From contig CM022665.1 in the NCBI GenBank assembly GCA_012295275.1, positions 43,524,001-43,588,000 on the forward strand: 64,000 nt of DNA. The letters are read 5' to 3'. How positions within the stretch are numbered: position 1 is the stretch's first letter; each line of letters begins with the position of its first letter. Both the position numbers and the translations under genes were made by a program. Under the pieces are notes generated by a model that had not been told where the DNA came from, did no database searches, and was given only the letters and a program-made list of their open reading frames with translations. This stretch comes from Chrysomallon squamiferum. Taxonomy: Eukaryota; Animalia; Mollusca. Shown here one piece after another: positions 29,909 to 43,442 of this stretch.

Positions 29909-30444
29909 CTGTATATATATATATATATATATATATACATTAAAATCATCAGGTAAAAACAGTATTGTGGTTAAAAAAATGCAGATCACATGTAACACAA
30001 AAGACCTTTTCTTTCATAATGGAACCATTGTGGTCAATTTACCAGAGGCAACTGTGTTTTTGTTTTATTTTGTTAGTATTAATCCTAACAGCCCAGATCT
30101 GCAGATTATTATTACTAACAACAACCATAAATGAATGAATAAATGAACTGATTGTATCTCTCTGCTACTGGAATGTATGAATATATATATATCTCCACAA
30201 TAGCACCCTTGTATTTCACACAACAACGACCCTAAACTTTGAAAGATGTCGGCCATCTTGTTTTTCTTGGCACCGCACCAGCCATTGTGGAAAAAAATGG
30301 AGAGGTCTCCCAGTCCCCCTGTTTTTTCTCTGTCACAGTTTCCGGATAGCTGCACTTTCTGCTCTCTGCGGAATTCTGCGGAGGCTGGCCAAGTAGTAGC
30401 AGGTGTTTTGTGTGTTATTCCTCCCCTTACCTGGGCGCATTGTT

Positions 30445-31580
30445 TAAATTAACTCCATGTAGACGTTGTGTTAAAATTAACTGTGTATAGACGTTTTATT
30501 TATATTGACTGTGTATAGACGTTTTATTAAAATTGACTGTATATAGACGTTTTATTAAAATTGACTGTATATAGACGTTTTATTAAAATTAACTGTATAT
30601 AGAGTTTTATTTATTTTAACTGTATATAGACCATTTATTTATATTTACCGTGTATAGATGTTTTATTAAAATTAACTGTATATGACATTATATTGGTATT
30701 GACTGTATATAGAGTTTTATTTATATTGACTGTATATAGACGTTTTATTTATATTTACTGTGTATAGGTGTTTTATTAAAATTAACTGTATATAGACGTT
30801 TTATTTATATTGACTGTATATAGATGTTTTATTAAAATTAAATGTGTATGGATGTTTTATTACAATTAACTGTGTATAGATGTTTTATTAAAATTAACTG
30901 TGTATAGATGTTTTATTTATATTGACTGTATATAGACGTTTTATTAAAATTAACTGTATATAGATATTTTATTTATTTTAACTATAGATGTTTTATTTGT
31001 ATTAATTGTATAGAGACGTTTTATTTAAATTAACTATATTTATAGACACTTTAGTTATATAATTTATATCTGGAACATTTAAATTAACTTTCTATAGACA
31101 TTTTATTCATGCTAACTGTATTTACACATTATATTTATATTAACTAAATACAGATAATTTATTCATATTAAGTATATATAAATATTTTATTTATATTAAC
31201 TCTATATAAACATTTTATTTAAATTATCCATATATAGACATATTATTTAAATTAAGTTTATATATAGATATTTTATTTAAATGAAGTCTTAAAAGGATAT
31301 TTTATTTAAATGGTCTTAAAAGGATATAAAGTTTATTAAAATTATATCTAATGAGAATATTTAAATAAACTCTGGTTGGACATATTTGAATTAATTCTGT
31401 ATGGATATTTTATTTAAATGAACTGTTAAAGAGATTATATTATTTAAATTCACTGAAGATAGCTTAATGGACTCAAAATTAAGAGTGGACTTGCTATTTA
31501 AAATTCTGATAGATGTTCTGTCTGTTAAAGAACATTTTATTTCATTTAACTCTGGATTGAAATATTATTTAGATTAATCC
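30445..31580. repeat. 28-bp minisatellite (TAGACGTTTTATTAAAATTAACTGTATA) decaying towards the right
   Basis: TAGAC recurs at 30488, 30516, 30544 (period 28). Two alternating variants, ATTAAAATT and ATTTATATT. Well conserved to ~31030, then progressively degenerate. Confidence 0.92.
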
Positions 31581-32271
31581 TTATTTTGGTGACATTTTTC
31601 CATACAGCAATTTTTTAAAAACAAATAAATAATGTGATATTATTTAGCTGGATATATAAGTTATTTTGTTTGTTTTGAGATAAAGGATCACAGTTTATTA
31701 AAAAAAATCTAAACAAAAAAAAAACAACAACAAGAACAACAACAACAAGAACAGTTGGCTTTTGGGTGTCATTCAAAGAACAGTTAAAGTTATTTAATAG
31801 TTTGATAATAAATTATTATGGACTGAAAATTAAAGATAACTTGCTATTTAAATTCCTTTTTTTATCTGTTCAACCTATTTTCAGTTCTCTGAATTAAATA
31901 TTATTTAAATTCAGACACAATTACAAACACATTTTCACACACAATGATTTTTACAAAACATATAAATAAGAGATCCATTTCCACACAGATAATCAGTTTG
32001 TTTGTTTGTTGAATGATACCCCAGCACAACCCACACCCACACACAAACACACACACACACAACAACAACAACAAAAACACAAACACACCTTTTGGGTGTC
32101 ATTCAAACACACCATTTAAACATAATAAATTATTATACACAGAGATATACACATTGAGATGGACACACAAACAAACACAAACACACACACAGAGGTACAA
32201 ACACACACATCCACAGACACCCACACACACACATGGACAAATACACACACCCACACACCAACCCACAAACA

Positions 32272-32306
<35 letters not shown>

Positions 32307-33699
32307 ACACAAAGAGACACACACACGTATTATTAAACATTCACTCATTTCTTTCATTCCTCCTCAACAGCTTAAAACCATGAAGCACCCTTGACCAGAA
32401 ACTTTCCCACCAGTATCCACTGGACAGAGTCTCAGTCTGAGTTCTGAGTCCACTAATCTGTCCAGCTGAACGTCCTCATGTTACTCCTTGTTTGTTGTCA
32501 ACGGAAACCTGCATTAAACTGTGATGCATATCGGTCAGTTTCTATAGCGATCCTCGCCAGACACCTATTTCACATTTCAACACTCGTCTGTTTACTTCAG
32601 ACTCTTTTTGTCTCATTTATCTTCTGTTTCTTCCCATCATCATGATTATCTCTTCATCCCACAGCAATTGTTCCTTTTTACCCACAGCAATTGTTCCTTT
32701 TTTTCCCCCTCCCTCCTCCTCACGCACACAACACACAAACTGCTGTTGTCCATTTGTTGCCTTGAGCCATGTTTCCATCACAAAAAAACTTTTTAGAAAA
32801 AAAAAATTTCAAGTGCTATATGCTTTTTTTTTTCTTTTTTCTTTTTCTTTTTTCCCAGACTTTAATGGAGCGAATCATTGTCCATGATGGTTACTCTTGT
32901 CATCATCCACTCTTCTTTGTCCACGTCACCTTCGTTTATGTTTTATATGATACCTCCTCCATAAAAGAAGGTGATTAAGGGAGATTACTACCGTCTTTTC
33001 TTCCATTTTTTTTTTTATTTATTTCAGTGCTCCAGGTTGGTCTGACCCCATGTGAAGTCATCCGTATGATTCTTATATATATTTTTTATTTTTTTTTATT
33101 TGGAAATGTTTTTGTTGAGAAGAAGTGTAATGGTAGTAACTGTAATTATATTTGTCACAAAAACCAGGCAGGGGACGACAAGCCATAATTGCTTGTGTTG
33201 GAACCCAATCTGAAGAAAGAGAATAATGTCTGTTATAATGTGTGGCTGAGAGAATAATGCGAGTTTGTAGGTGGTGAAGAATACCACTGAATGCGTTTTT
33301 TGTCGTGTGGTGGGAGAAAGGATGTTGGTGAAAGTTGATTGTTATTTATTTATTTAAATAAGTTCATAAATCTTTTTAAAAAAAAAAATTTTTTTTTTTT
33401 TAAAAGTGTGTAAATAATGTGAATAATAAAAAGAACACTGGCAGTGATAGTAATAATAGTAATAGAAATAATAATAAATAATAACTAATAGTAGTAGTAG
33501 TAGTAGTAGTAGTAATAATAGTAACAATAATAATAATATGAAAATAAATATGAATAATAATAATAATTAAAATAAATATGAATAATAATAAAGGATGATG
33601 ATAATAATAATAATAAATAATCATAAATAATAGTTATAGTGGTAGTAGTAGTAGTAATAATAATGAAATATAAAAATGTTGTCAAAGATTAAATTATTT

Positions 33700-34050
33700 G
33701 CTCATTCATTCATTCATTCATTCATTTATTCATTTGGTTACATAATCATCATTCATCCCATTAAAAAACAATATAAAAGAATGTTCAGGTTGTGTTAACT
33801 GAACAGACATTCATTCATTTGTTCATTCATTCATTCTTTCATTTATTCATTCATTCATTCTGTTTATGATTTGCACCTAATAATCATCAATTTACTAATG
33901 TATCCTCTAACAATATTTCTTAATTCATTAATTCATTCATTTATTCTTCATTCATTCATTCATTCATTCATTCATTCATTCATTCAATTCATCATTTGCA
34001 TCAAATAACCATCAGTTCACTAAAGAATCCTCTAACAACATTTCATTCAC
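33700..34050. repeat. (ATTC)n runs interleaved with a duplicated ~125-bp unit
   Basis: TTTGCACCTAATAATCATCAATTTACTAATGTATCCTCTAACAA (~33870) is repeated as TTTGCATCAAATAACCATCAGTTCACTAAAGAATCCTCTAACAA (~33995). CATT tails are like SINE 3' ends. Confidence 0.6.
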
Positions 34051-34142
34051 AGATTTAACCAATCTTGAAGTGATATTGAAATTGTTTTTTTTTAAATAAA
34101 AATAATTGAACTACCTTAATTACAACCATCATCAAAGGAATT

Positions 34143-34544
34143 CACCTGTGCTGTGATGGAATGCACTTAACTACCGGTTACAGGTAAGAAGGACTGAAGC
34201 GAAATAAACTGATAGTAAAATGAATGCAGGCGATCACATTACACCTGTTGTTTATAGTCATTAATCCAGGTAATAAAATAAAAAAAATTTGAACTCCTCG
34301 TCTCACCCAGGGTATTCTCACCTGCGTTACCTGAGAACGCATTCGTTCGTCTGTTGATGTAATGTATTTCCCATTAAAATAACAGGTAGGTGTAACCCTT
34401 TCTTCCTCTCATCAAGGTAATAGTTGGTTTAGCACCTTTAAAAAAAAAAAAAACCTCCAGGGTGTGCTGCTCATGGGGTGTCATGGTGGGGGTAGAGGTA
34501 TTTTGGTGTGTTAATGAGTATTCCAGGTAAAAAATTTCCAGGTA
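34143..34544. promoter_or_regulatory. Cluster of nine CAGGTA/CAGGTG motifs (ZEB/Zfh1- or Snail-type)
   Basis: Sites start at 34143, 34181, 34242, 34267, 34319, 34328, 34383, 34524 and 34539, in both orientations, in non-repetitive sequence. Confidence 0.5.
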
Positions 34545-35104
34545 AATGTGTACGTTTCTCACTTAGGTTTCTTTCAGAGCTCGTGATTGATGGAATATTT
34601 GATTTTGTTTTCCTACCCAGGGTGAGAGTCGTGAAAAAACAATAATAATAAAAAAATACATTTGTGTTTCGTGCATGAGTGAGTTTCGAGTACTCAACAC
34701 AACTGATAATAGACAGTTAAAAATACGTTTTAAAAAAAAAGTGTTTATTTGTTTATTTGTTTATTTGTTTATTTTGTGCCTTTGTCTCTGTCTGACTTTG
34801 TGTCAGTCTGACTGTCTGTTTATCTGTCATTATATCTGTCTGTCTGGTTATCAGTATATCTCTGTCTACATATTTGCTCTCTCTGTGTGTCTTGTCTTGT
34901 CTCTCTTTTTCTATTCTGTCTGTTTTGTGTATTATTGTCTGTTCTGTTTGTTGTAGACTTTTATGTATTGTAGACTTGTGAAATATTTAGACATTTTATT
35001 TTGTAATGTATTACACATATTTTTATTAACAGGATCACATATACAATACAGAATGCAAACTAAGAATATATGAAACTTCATGATATTGGTCTTAGCTTTA
35101 GTCA

Positions 35105-36130
35105 GTTTGGTGTGTTGTAAACACTGTAGTCTGTTTAGTGTGTTGTAGACATTGTAGTCTGTTTTGTATGTTGTAGACACTAGTCTGTTTAGTGTGTTGT
35201 GAACATTGTAGTCTGTTTAATGTGTTGTAGATACTGTAACCTGTTTAGTGTGTTTTAGACACTGCAGTCTGTTTAGTGTTGTGGACAATGTATGTTTTGT
35301 GTTGTGGTTCTGTTTAGTATTGTAGATGATGTAGTATGTTTAGTGCTGTAGACAATGGAGTCTGTTCTGTGTACTGTAGATCTGTTTAGTGTTGTAGATG
35401 ATGTAGTATGTTTAGTGCTGTAGACAATGGAGTCTGTTTTGTGTTGTAGATCTGTTTGGTATTGTAGATGATGTAGTATGTTTAGTGCTGTAGACAATGG
35501 AGTCTGTTCTGTGTACTGTAGATCTGTTTAGTGCTGTAGACAATGTAGTCTGTTTTGTGTTGTGGTTCTGTTTAGTATTGTAGATGATATAGTATGTTTA
35601 GTGCTGCAGACAATGGAGTCTATTTGTGTTCTAGTTCTGTTTAGTGTACTGTAGACAATGTAGATCTGTTTAGTGGACTGTAGACAATGTAGCATGTTTA
35701 GTATTGTAGACAGTGGAGTCTGTTCTGTGTTGTAGTTCAATTTAGTGTATTGTAGACGATGTAGATCTGTTTAGTGTACTGTAGACAATGTAGCATGTTT
35801 AGTATTGTTTTGGTTCTGTTCTGTGTTGTAGTTCAATTTAGTGTATTGTAGACGATGTAGATCTGTTTAGTGTACTGTAGACAATGTAGCATGTTTAGTA
35901 TTGTAGACAGTGGAGTCTGTTCTGTGTTGTAGTTCAATTTAGTGTATTGTAGACGATGTAGATCTGTTTAGTGTACTGTAGACAATGTAGCATGTTTAGT
36001 ATTGTAGACAGTGGAGTCTGTTCTGTGTTGTAGTTCAGTTTAGTGTATTGTAGACGATGTAGTATGTTTTGTGTTGTAGACAATGTAGATCTCTTTAGTG
36101 CTGTAGACAATGAAGTCTGTTCTGTGTACA
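35105..36130. repeat. Compound minisatellite (TCTGTTTAGTG..TGTAGACAATGTAG) with higher-order repeats
   Basis: Basic ~26-29 bp units; ~70-72 bp higher-order unit at 35325/35397/35467; 101-bp higher-order unit at 35664/35765/35861/35962. Confidence 0.93.
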
Positions 36131-36222
36131 TCTGAGTGTTGTGAAGTGGCAGATTCCGTTCGTGTTGTTGTTGCTGTTGAACAGATTTCTCGTTACACAT
36201 TTCTCTTCATGACAAAACTTGT

Positions 36223-36284
36223 ACTCACTGCTGACAGCCAGAGTGACTGACTCACTAGTGACAGCCAGAGTGACTGACTCACTG
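36223..36284. repeat. 27-bp tandem duplication
   Basis: ACTCACT(GC/AG)TGACAGCCAGAGTGACTG twice plus a partial third copy. Confidence 0.9.
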
Positions 36285-37593
36285 TCTGTTTGTCCTCTCA
36301 AACAAACTATTGTCTGTGTGTCTGTGTATGTATGTGTGTGGGTGTGTGTTCGTATATATATATATGTTTGTGTGTGTGTGTGTGCTGTGTTATGTGCAAA
36401 TGTAAATATATATCTGCAAGTGTATCTAAGTATGTATTATGTATGTTTGTAACATGTTTGTATGTATGCATGTATGTGTGTATGTATGTATGTATGTTTG
36501 TATGCATGTGTATATTGTATGTGTATATATGAATATATGTGTATACGTGACTTGTGTTAATTAATGTATGAATGCATAAATGTGGATATGGGTGTGGCTG
36601 CACGTGTGTGTTAAATGCATGAATGAATTTACATGCCTCTGGATGTATCAATTTGTGTGCTTGCATGCTGGCATGTCAGCATGTTTGTTTTGTGGATTAC
36701 AGAGGACAAAACTGAAATGTATAAGATTTAATAAAATTAAACCACCATCACAAAAAAAACCACAAAAAACACACAACTATGTTTTTTGATATCAATACAA
36801 ACTTGTACCCAGTTATTTATTGCCGAACCAAGCACGTCACCCTTGAACAGCACCAGTGACATTTTTTTTTACAGAGGCTTTCTTTATTTTCTGGTTCAGA
36901 TTAAAAGATGATCCAACTGATATTTAAACCCGATTAAGTCGATGAAAACAAAGACTAAACTTTATATCAGTCGTTAACTCATACCCCGGTCACGCATTAT
37001 TAAACAAATCCCTCACGAAACATAAAACAATTTTTTTTCAGTTTGTTTTGCGGTTTCTTCATTGTTTAGCGGTTTTCGTATTCAACCCGCTACAGAACAG
37101 CGGTTTTCAATGGTGACAATTTCACCATCACCTTCAGCGAAGAGACATCGCAGGTGTATGGGAAGTCACCTGATCTAGAAACAGTTTTTTTTTTTGTTGT
37201 TGTGTTTTTGTCACACCTGGCTGCAAGGTTTATGGGTTGATTAAATTTTTCGAAACATCCCATTGTTGTTACGAAACGTGCGTAGGTAATATTTTGATCC
37301 TCCGTACGTGAAAAACATTTATGGCATTCTTCCGTACTGCATTTCATTCTTGAAAGGCCGAGTTATAGGGTCTTCTGCCACCCCCACACCCCTCCACACA
37401 CACACACACACACACATGTCAGAAATGTGTATTGAAAAGGGTCATGAAATGTCTGCATTAAAAACAAACAAGATACTCTGTCTTTTGTGAAAATTAAGAT
37501 GAAAAAAATAAAAGAAGAAAAAAGAAGAAAAGATTTTTTGGTTTAATGATAACAGGTCACATAACCACACACATGCACAATTATATATATATA

Positions 37594-37695
<102 letters not shown>

Positions 37696-38374
37696 GTATG
37701 GGAGGGAGGGAGAGGGGGTATGTCATGGATGTGTTTCTGTCTGTATATATTAGCATGTAGGTGTTGTGTGTGTTTCTGCTAAACTGATTCAGAGAAACAA
37801 GATTCATTTTCTTTTATTACAACAACAACAAGAAAAGAAAATTAAAATGTTCAAGAAATAAAACTAACCATTAACAAATGTATATACCTACATACAACAA
37901 AAACCACACAGAGGTACGTAACATATGTAAACACAGACACAGGTAAAACACAATTTTCAACTCTCTTTTATCTGATTCTTTGAAGTTTACAAATAAAAGT
38001 GCAAGGTAGTCCAGAAAACGGCTGTCATTAAGAAAACACAGGTGTAATTATGAAAGACTTTTTCCCATGCTTTAGGTTCACCCCACAGAGTGGCAATCAA
38101 AAAACCACACTGAGATCGAAAAGTGGGCATCAACTGTTTTATTGGGTTTTCATGGGTTGGCAGTATTCTCGAGGAATTTTGGGTTATTAAAAATTCACAG
38201 AATTTTTACTGAGGAGTATAGTTTGTTTTATTGTGTAGTTTTTTTTTTTTTTAATCTGGGGGTTGCCTATTACAAAATGTGTAATTAATGTTTAAATTGT
38301 TATCAACTGGGCCAGAGATTCAATTATCATATGTGCCCAATAAAATGGTTTTATTAATAAAAAAAAAATATTTT

Positions 38375-38545
38375 ACTGTTTATGGGATGGTACATTTAAA
38401 CGATCTTTTGTTGCTAATTGAAAAAAGGTGCCACTTTGTGTAAATAATTGGCTTCTCTTTTTTATCTGTATGGCCTGTGTGATCATGTAAAGCTGTTAAT
38501 AAAAATGTGCTTAGTAATTTATTAAATAAAATATTTCTTTCTTCT
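38375..38545 (+). mobile_element. Decayed SINE core plus 3' tail
   Basis: TTTATGGGATGGTACATTTAAACGATCTTTTGTTGCTAATTGAAAAA aligns to the other SINE cores; ends TTAAATAAAATATTTCTTTCTTC. Confidence 0.65.
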
Positions 38546-39252
38546 ACCTAACAAATATTAACATACAGATTAATCCATGGTTTATTTTGATTATTGCTAA
38601 GACCAGTATCATTGGGTTTCGTATCTTCTTATTTGCGTGTTCTGTATTGTATCTGCATACACCTGTTAATAAAAATATGTTTAATACATTACAAAACAAA
38701 ATAAAATATTTCTTTCTGTGGAGTAAGTATCAACAGTATTAATATTTACATTAATCCGTTTTTATCTCTTCATAATACGAAATAAAATAATAAACTTTTT
38801 ACGACAGTGCAGTCTTTATGTTATTGACATATTTAATTATTCGCTGAACTGTAAAAATCAACGAAGCAAAAACAAAGTTTCTGTCTCTGTTTTCATAACT
38901 AGGAAATAAAGTATTATGACAGTAGGGGACCCGATAATATTGAAAAGGTTTAATATTCGCAGAAGTGTGAAAACCAAATGAACCGCGTAATGTTTCTATT
39001 TTTATTTCTGGAAATACAATATGGTAATGAAGTTTTCATAACATTTTGAAAAGGTTGAAAAAGGTCAGTGAAGGGTAAAGATTGACGAAGTGTAAACTGG
39101 ATCTGTTGCTGATTTAAAATGGTTAAAATTAGTTTCTGTGATTAAATGAAAATGACAATGACAAGTGAATAGAATGGTACACAGTAAATAAATAGAAATA
39201 AATAAATAAGTAAGTAAGTAAATAAATAAATAAATAAATAATAATAATAATG

Positions 39253-39311
<59 letters not shown>

Positions 39312-39435
39312 TAAAAATTAAAATGATTTTTTGACAAAGAAAGAAAACACAACCAAAACAAAAGAAATAGAAGGAAAAAATAACAAAAAATAGAAAAGAA
39401 AAAGGAGAAAGAGGATTTTAAACACACACACACAC

Positions 39436-39475
<40 letters not shown>

Positions 39476-39734
39476 TTATATATACTTACACAAACACATT
39501 TATAAATACACATAACACATATATATAATTACATAAATACGTTGATGTATAGACATATATATTTATATATAATTACATATATAAACATGTTTATGCATAC
39601 ACATCACACATAAACAAACGCACACGCACACACACACATGCACACACACACACAGACACAACAATGGATTTACCTTATAAAACATTCCCAAACATAATTC
39701 CCAACAGAAAAAAATATTAACATAATCAAGCATG

Positions 39735-39867
39735 CACCTGATGACACTGGTTTGTGTTATTGCTTACAACAACAGGTAAGCGAAAGTTCACCTGATGACT
39801 CTGACCGTGTTATTATTACCTGTAACGAGATGAAACAGGTAAGTAAAACTCTCACCTGTTTCACCTG
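39735..39867. promoter_or_regulatory. Cluster of seven CAGGTA/CAGGTG motifs
   Basis: Sites start at 39735, 39773, 39789, 39817, 39836, 39853 and 39862 within 133 bp. Confidence 0.5.
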
Positions 39868-40260
39868 GTTTCCTCTGACCCAATCACGTCAACCTGTTTC
39901 ACAAAAAAAATGTTCTGTGTTGTTTGCATCAAGGAAGTTTTCCATTGGTTTTTGTGTGTCGCGACAAGTGACGCGATCATCAAAGATCAGTTGACACACT
40001 TCATCAAGCAATGATAACGACAACAGCAACAACAACAACAACGACGACAACATCAACTACAATGTTCTGGCCGGATTTCCGTCATAAAATATGTATTAGT
40101 GTGGTCTCTGTATGTGTGGGTGTTGTGAATGTGTGTGTAAAAGATATGGCTGCAGTGCAAAGTATTTGTATGTTGGTGATTTTTTAATGTATATTAGCTG
40201 GTACAAACTGATTATATATCGATATACGTATAAGTGTTTTAAATGTGTGTGTGCCTGTGT

Positions 40261-40298
<38 letters not shown>

Positions 40299-41002
40299 AT
40301 GTCCCAGTGCAAACTGTTTAAATGTGGATATGTAATATAAATGGAATAGTGAATTATGAATTTGTATTTTCCATTCATGTAATGCATACATTTCGTTCTA
40401 TGAATATATGTGTGTGTGTGTGTGTGTGTATTCATATCATCAAGGAAATAGTTTGGTTTATCAGGATTTCTGTCCATTCTTCTCTCCACTTTCATAAATG
40501 TGTATGGAAGCAAGCGTCTCTCTCTCTCTCTCTCTCTCTCTCTGGCTGTCTCTCTCTGTCTCGCTAATTCTCTGTCTCTCTCTGTCTGTCTCTGTCTCTG
40601 TCTCTCTGTGTCTGTCTCTCTCTCTCTCTGTCCATCTCTTTTTCTCTCTCCCTGTTTCTCTTTCACCTTCTCTCCCTGTCTCTCTCTGTCTCTATCCCTC
40701 CCTCCCTCCCTCTCTCTGTCTCTCTCCCCCTCTCTGGATGTCTGTCTCTCTGTCTCTCTGTCTCTCTCTTGAGCCAACATTACAACATCATAACTATCCT
40801 GGTTTGGACAATAACCAAACAAATACAGTCACACAAAAATATTTACATGTTGGCAGCCACATCTGACATTAGCGTAAACTGTCATTAACAACCTTTCTGT
40901 TTCAGTTCACGCAACTCGTAACAAAAATATTAATTAAAGGTAACACTAAAAACCAACAGAACAGATTCCACATACTTGACATAATTACAAATTAATCTCC
41001 CT

Positions 41003-41043
<41 letters not shown>

Positions 41044-41127
41044 AGTTGTAAAGCATATCTGATTAGTTCTGAAAGGCACCATACCCTCTTTGACTTCACC
41101 TACAAAGTGATTATGATTTCTGTCGCT

Positions 41128-41216
41128 GTCACAACAATGGTGAGCTGTAATGAAAGCTAAAAACGGTCACAACAATGGTGAGCCATATGAACAGAAATCC
41201 GTCGCAACAAATGGTG
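41128..41216. repeat. 38-bp diverged tandem repeat containing AACAATGG
   Basis: GTCACAACAATGGTGAGC twice (AACAATGG at 41133 and 41171) and a third variant GTCGCAACAAATGGTG. Confidence 0.8.
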
Positions 41217-41969
41217 GCCTAGGTGAAAAGGAACCCATGTTATTAAGACACATCGTTAACTTTTTTTTTTTGTTGAAAACACATAATACACCCTCCTGAT
41301 GAAATGAAAAAACCCATTTCAATCAGAGTTTTTTGTATCACTTTGCAGGTCAAGAGGTTATAAATGCTTTATGATTTGTTAATGCAAAGTGGAAAAAAAT
41401 CATAATGCAAAACTGTCATGCTTTTCTTTTTCTTCATGTAAGACCCTTTGATTTGGTTCAGAATGGTAAGTCATAGTAATAAATGCACAAATACGCGAAC
41501 TTACGAAATAAGCTATATATACAGTGTTAAAGATACGAAGTGCATAAAACGTATTAAAGAAACAAATTCAGTTTAAACTTTGCTTAGAATTGGTGCAAGG
41601 TTACAAAATCAATGATAGGTCAATCTTTTTTTTTTTTATGCATAACAGATTATAATTTTTGCACTTTGTGACTTCTGTGTTATTAATAAGCTGGGTGATT
41701 AACATTCTGAGAAACATTTCTGTACTTGATGAATATTTCATATCTATTTTTTTTTTTTTTTTTTCACTTTATAAACTTATTTTTTTGTGAGTTTGTGTAT
41801 TTTCTCTCATTCCACAACTGCTGCTGATGGAATATTTTTAGTCAGCATTATCAGAATTTCCCATTCCAGCCATTAAAATTTTTTTCTTTTTGAAATTTTA
41901 TAAACTGTATAATCAAGATCATTAAGAAAATGTCCCATTCCAGACACACAATTAAATGTTGATACTTAT

Positions 41970-42040
41970 GGCCCATACTATGAGCTATTCTTTTTCAGTT
42001 AGCAGGAAGGGATCTTTTATAAGCACCTTCCCATAGATTG
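41970..42040 (-). mobile_element. SINE core fragment (best-preserved core)
   Basis: Reverse complement reads ATCTATGGGAAGGTGCTTATAAAAGATCCCTTCCTGCTAACTGAAAAAGAATAGCTCATAG, matching the recalled Meta-domain motif GTGCATATAAAAGATCCCTTGCTGCTAAT. Confidence 0.75.
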
Positions 42041-43222
42041 GGAAATACTGACACCAATTGTAAAATAGTCTGAAATGGGTAATACAATATCTTTATTGAG
42101 AATGTTTCTGATGTGGCTGTTATTTTTATGATATTTTAGTACAATACAATCTGTATGTCTGTCTGTCATTATTATTATTATCATTATTATCATTATTATC
42201 ATCATTATCATCATCACTACCATCACCACCATTATCATCATCATCATCATTATCATCATCATCATTATCATCATCATCATTATTATCATTATCGTCATCA
42301 TCATCATCACCACATCATTATTGTCATCACCATCATCATCATCATCATCATCATCATTATTATTAATATTATTATTAAAATCTTCTCCACTATTATGAAA
42401 ATATATAAAAAAAAAAAAAAAAAAAATGTCTGACCTTTTCCAGTGGAGGTTTAAATGAGTTAAACGGAAGACTTAATTGTTTTTCACACACCAGTGGTTA
42501 GCGAGAGCCAATTTCGTACACTTTGTCAAAACAGAATGATGGGGAAATTACCCAACTGGTGCTCATGAGCAAGTGACATTTCTGTGTGCGAGCCTCACCC
42601 ATCCACAACAATGCATCAGAGCTGTCCTGTCACATCACTTCAGTGACGGATGATTCAGGGAGGAATGACATTTAACGGAACGGCAATTTTGGTCTCACAT
42701 GCCGTTTTTTTTTGTTATTTTTTTATTATTATAATGTTGGCTGTAATTAGTGTAAATACTGTAATTGAAATCGTTTTTTTTCAGAATTTAAACCTTTTTG
42801 TGTTTGATCTGTGTTGAGTGTCATTGATGTTGTCATAGTTGTTGTAGTAGCAGTAGTAGCAGTAGTAGTAGTTGCAGTAGTAGTAGTGGTAGTAGTAGTT
42901 GTTATCTCTAGTAGTAGTATTGTTGTTATCTCTAGTAGTAGTATTAGTTGTAGTAGAAGTAACAGTAAAAATATGTTTGTTACTGTTATTCTAATGACTA
43001 TTATTATAACTATTATTACTATTTCAGTTATGCAGATTACTGTTATTAATTTTACTTTTATTATTACTGTTATTATTATTATTATTATTATTACTGTTGT
43101 TATTCTAATTACAGTTATTATAATTATTGTAATTGTTATTATTATTATTATCAACATTATTATTCCAATTATTGTTATTATTGTTATTATTCTTGGAATT
43201 ACTGTCATTATTGTTATCATCA

Positions 43223-43274
<52 letters not shown>

Positions 43275-43442
43275 CATTTTACTATCATCATTATGATCAC
43301 AATTACTGTTATTGTTATTATTAATGCTGTTGTTGTTATTGTTGTGTCTGTATGTTGATGTAACAGAATAAATATATTTCTAATTGCTAAAGTATTTCTA
43401 TTTAATAAATAAATATATTTCGGTATTACTATGATTATTGCT

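Noticed and set aside
35370-35970. TAGATCTG repeats matching the recalled miR-750 seed on the plus strand
   Set aside because: Only a 7mer-type match without extra pairing; shows that seed hits in minisatellites arise easily, which tempers the miR-7 and miR-1992 findings.
41443-41465. Possible 23-nt microexon (pyrimidine tract-AAG ... ATG|GTAAGT)
   Set aside because: Weak AAG acceptor, non-triplet length, no partner exons visible; needs junction reads.
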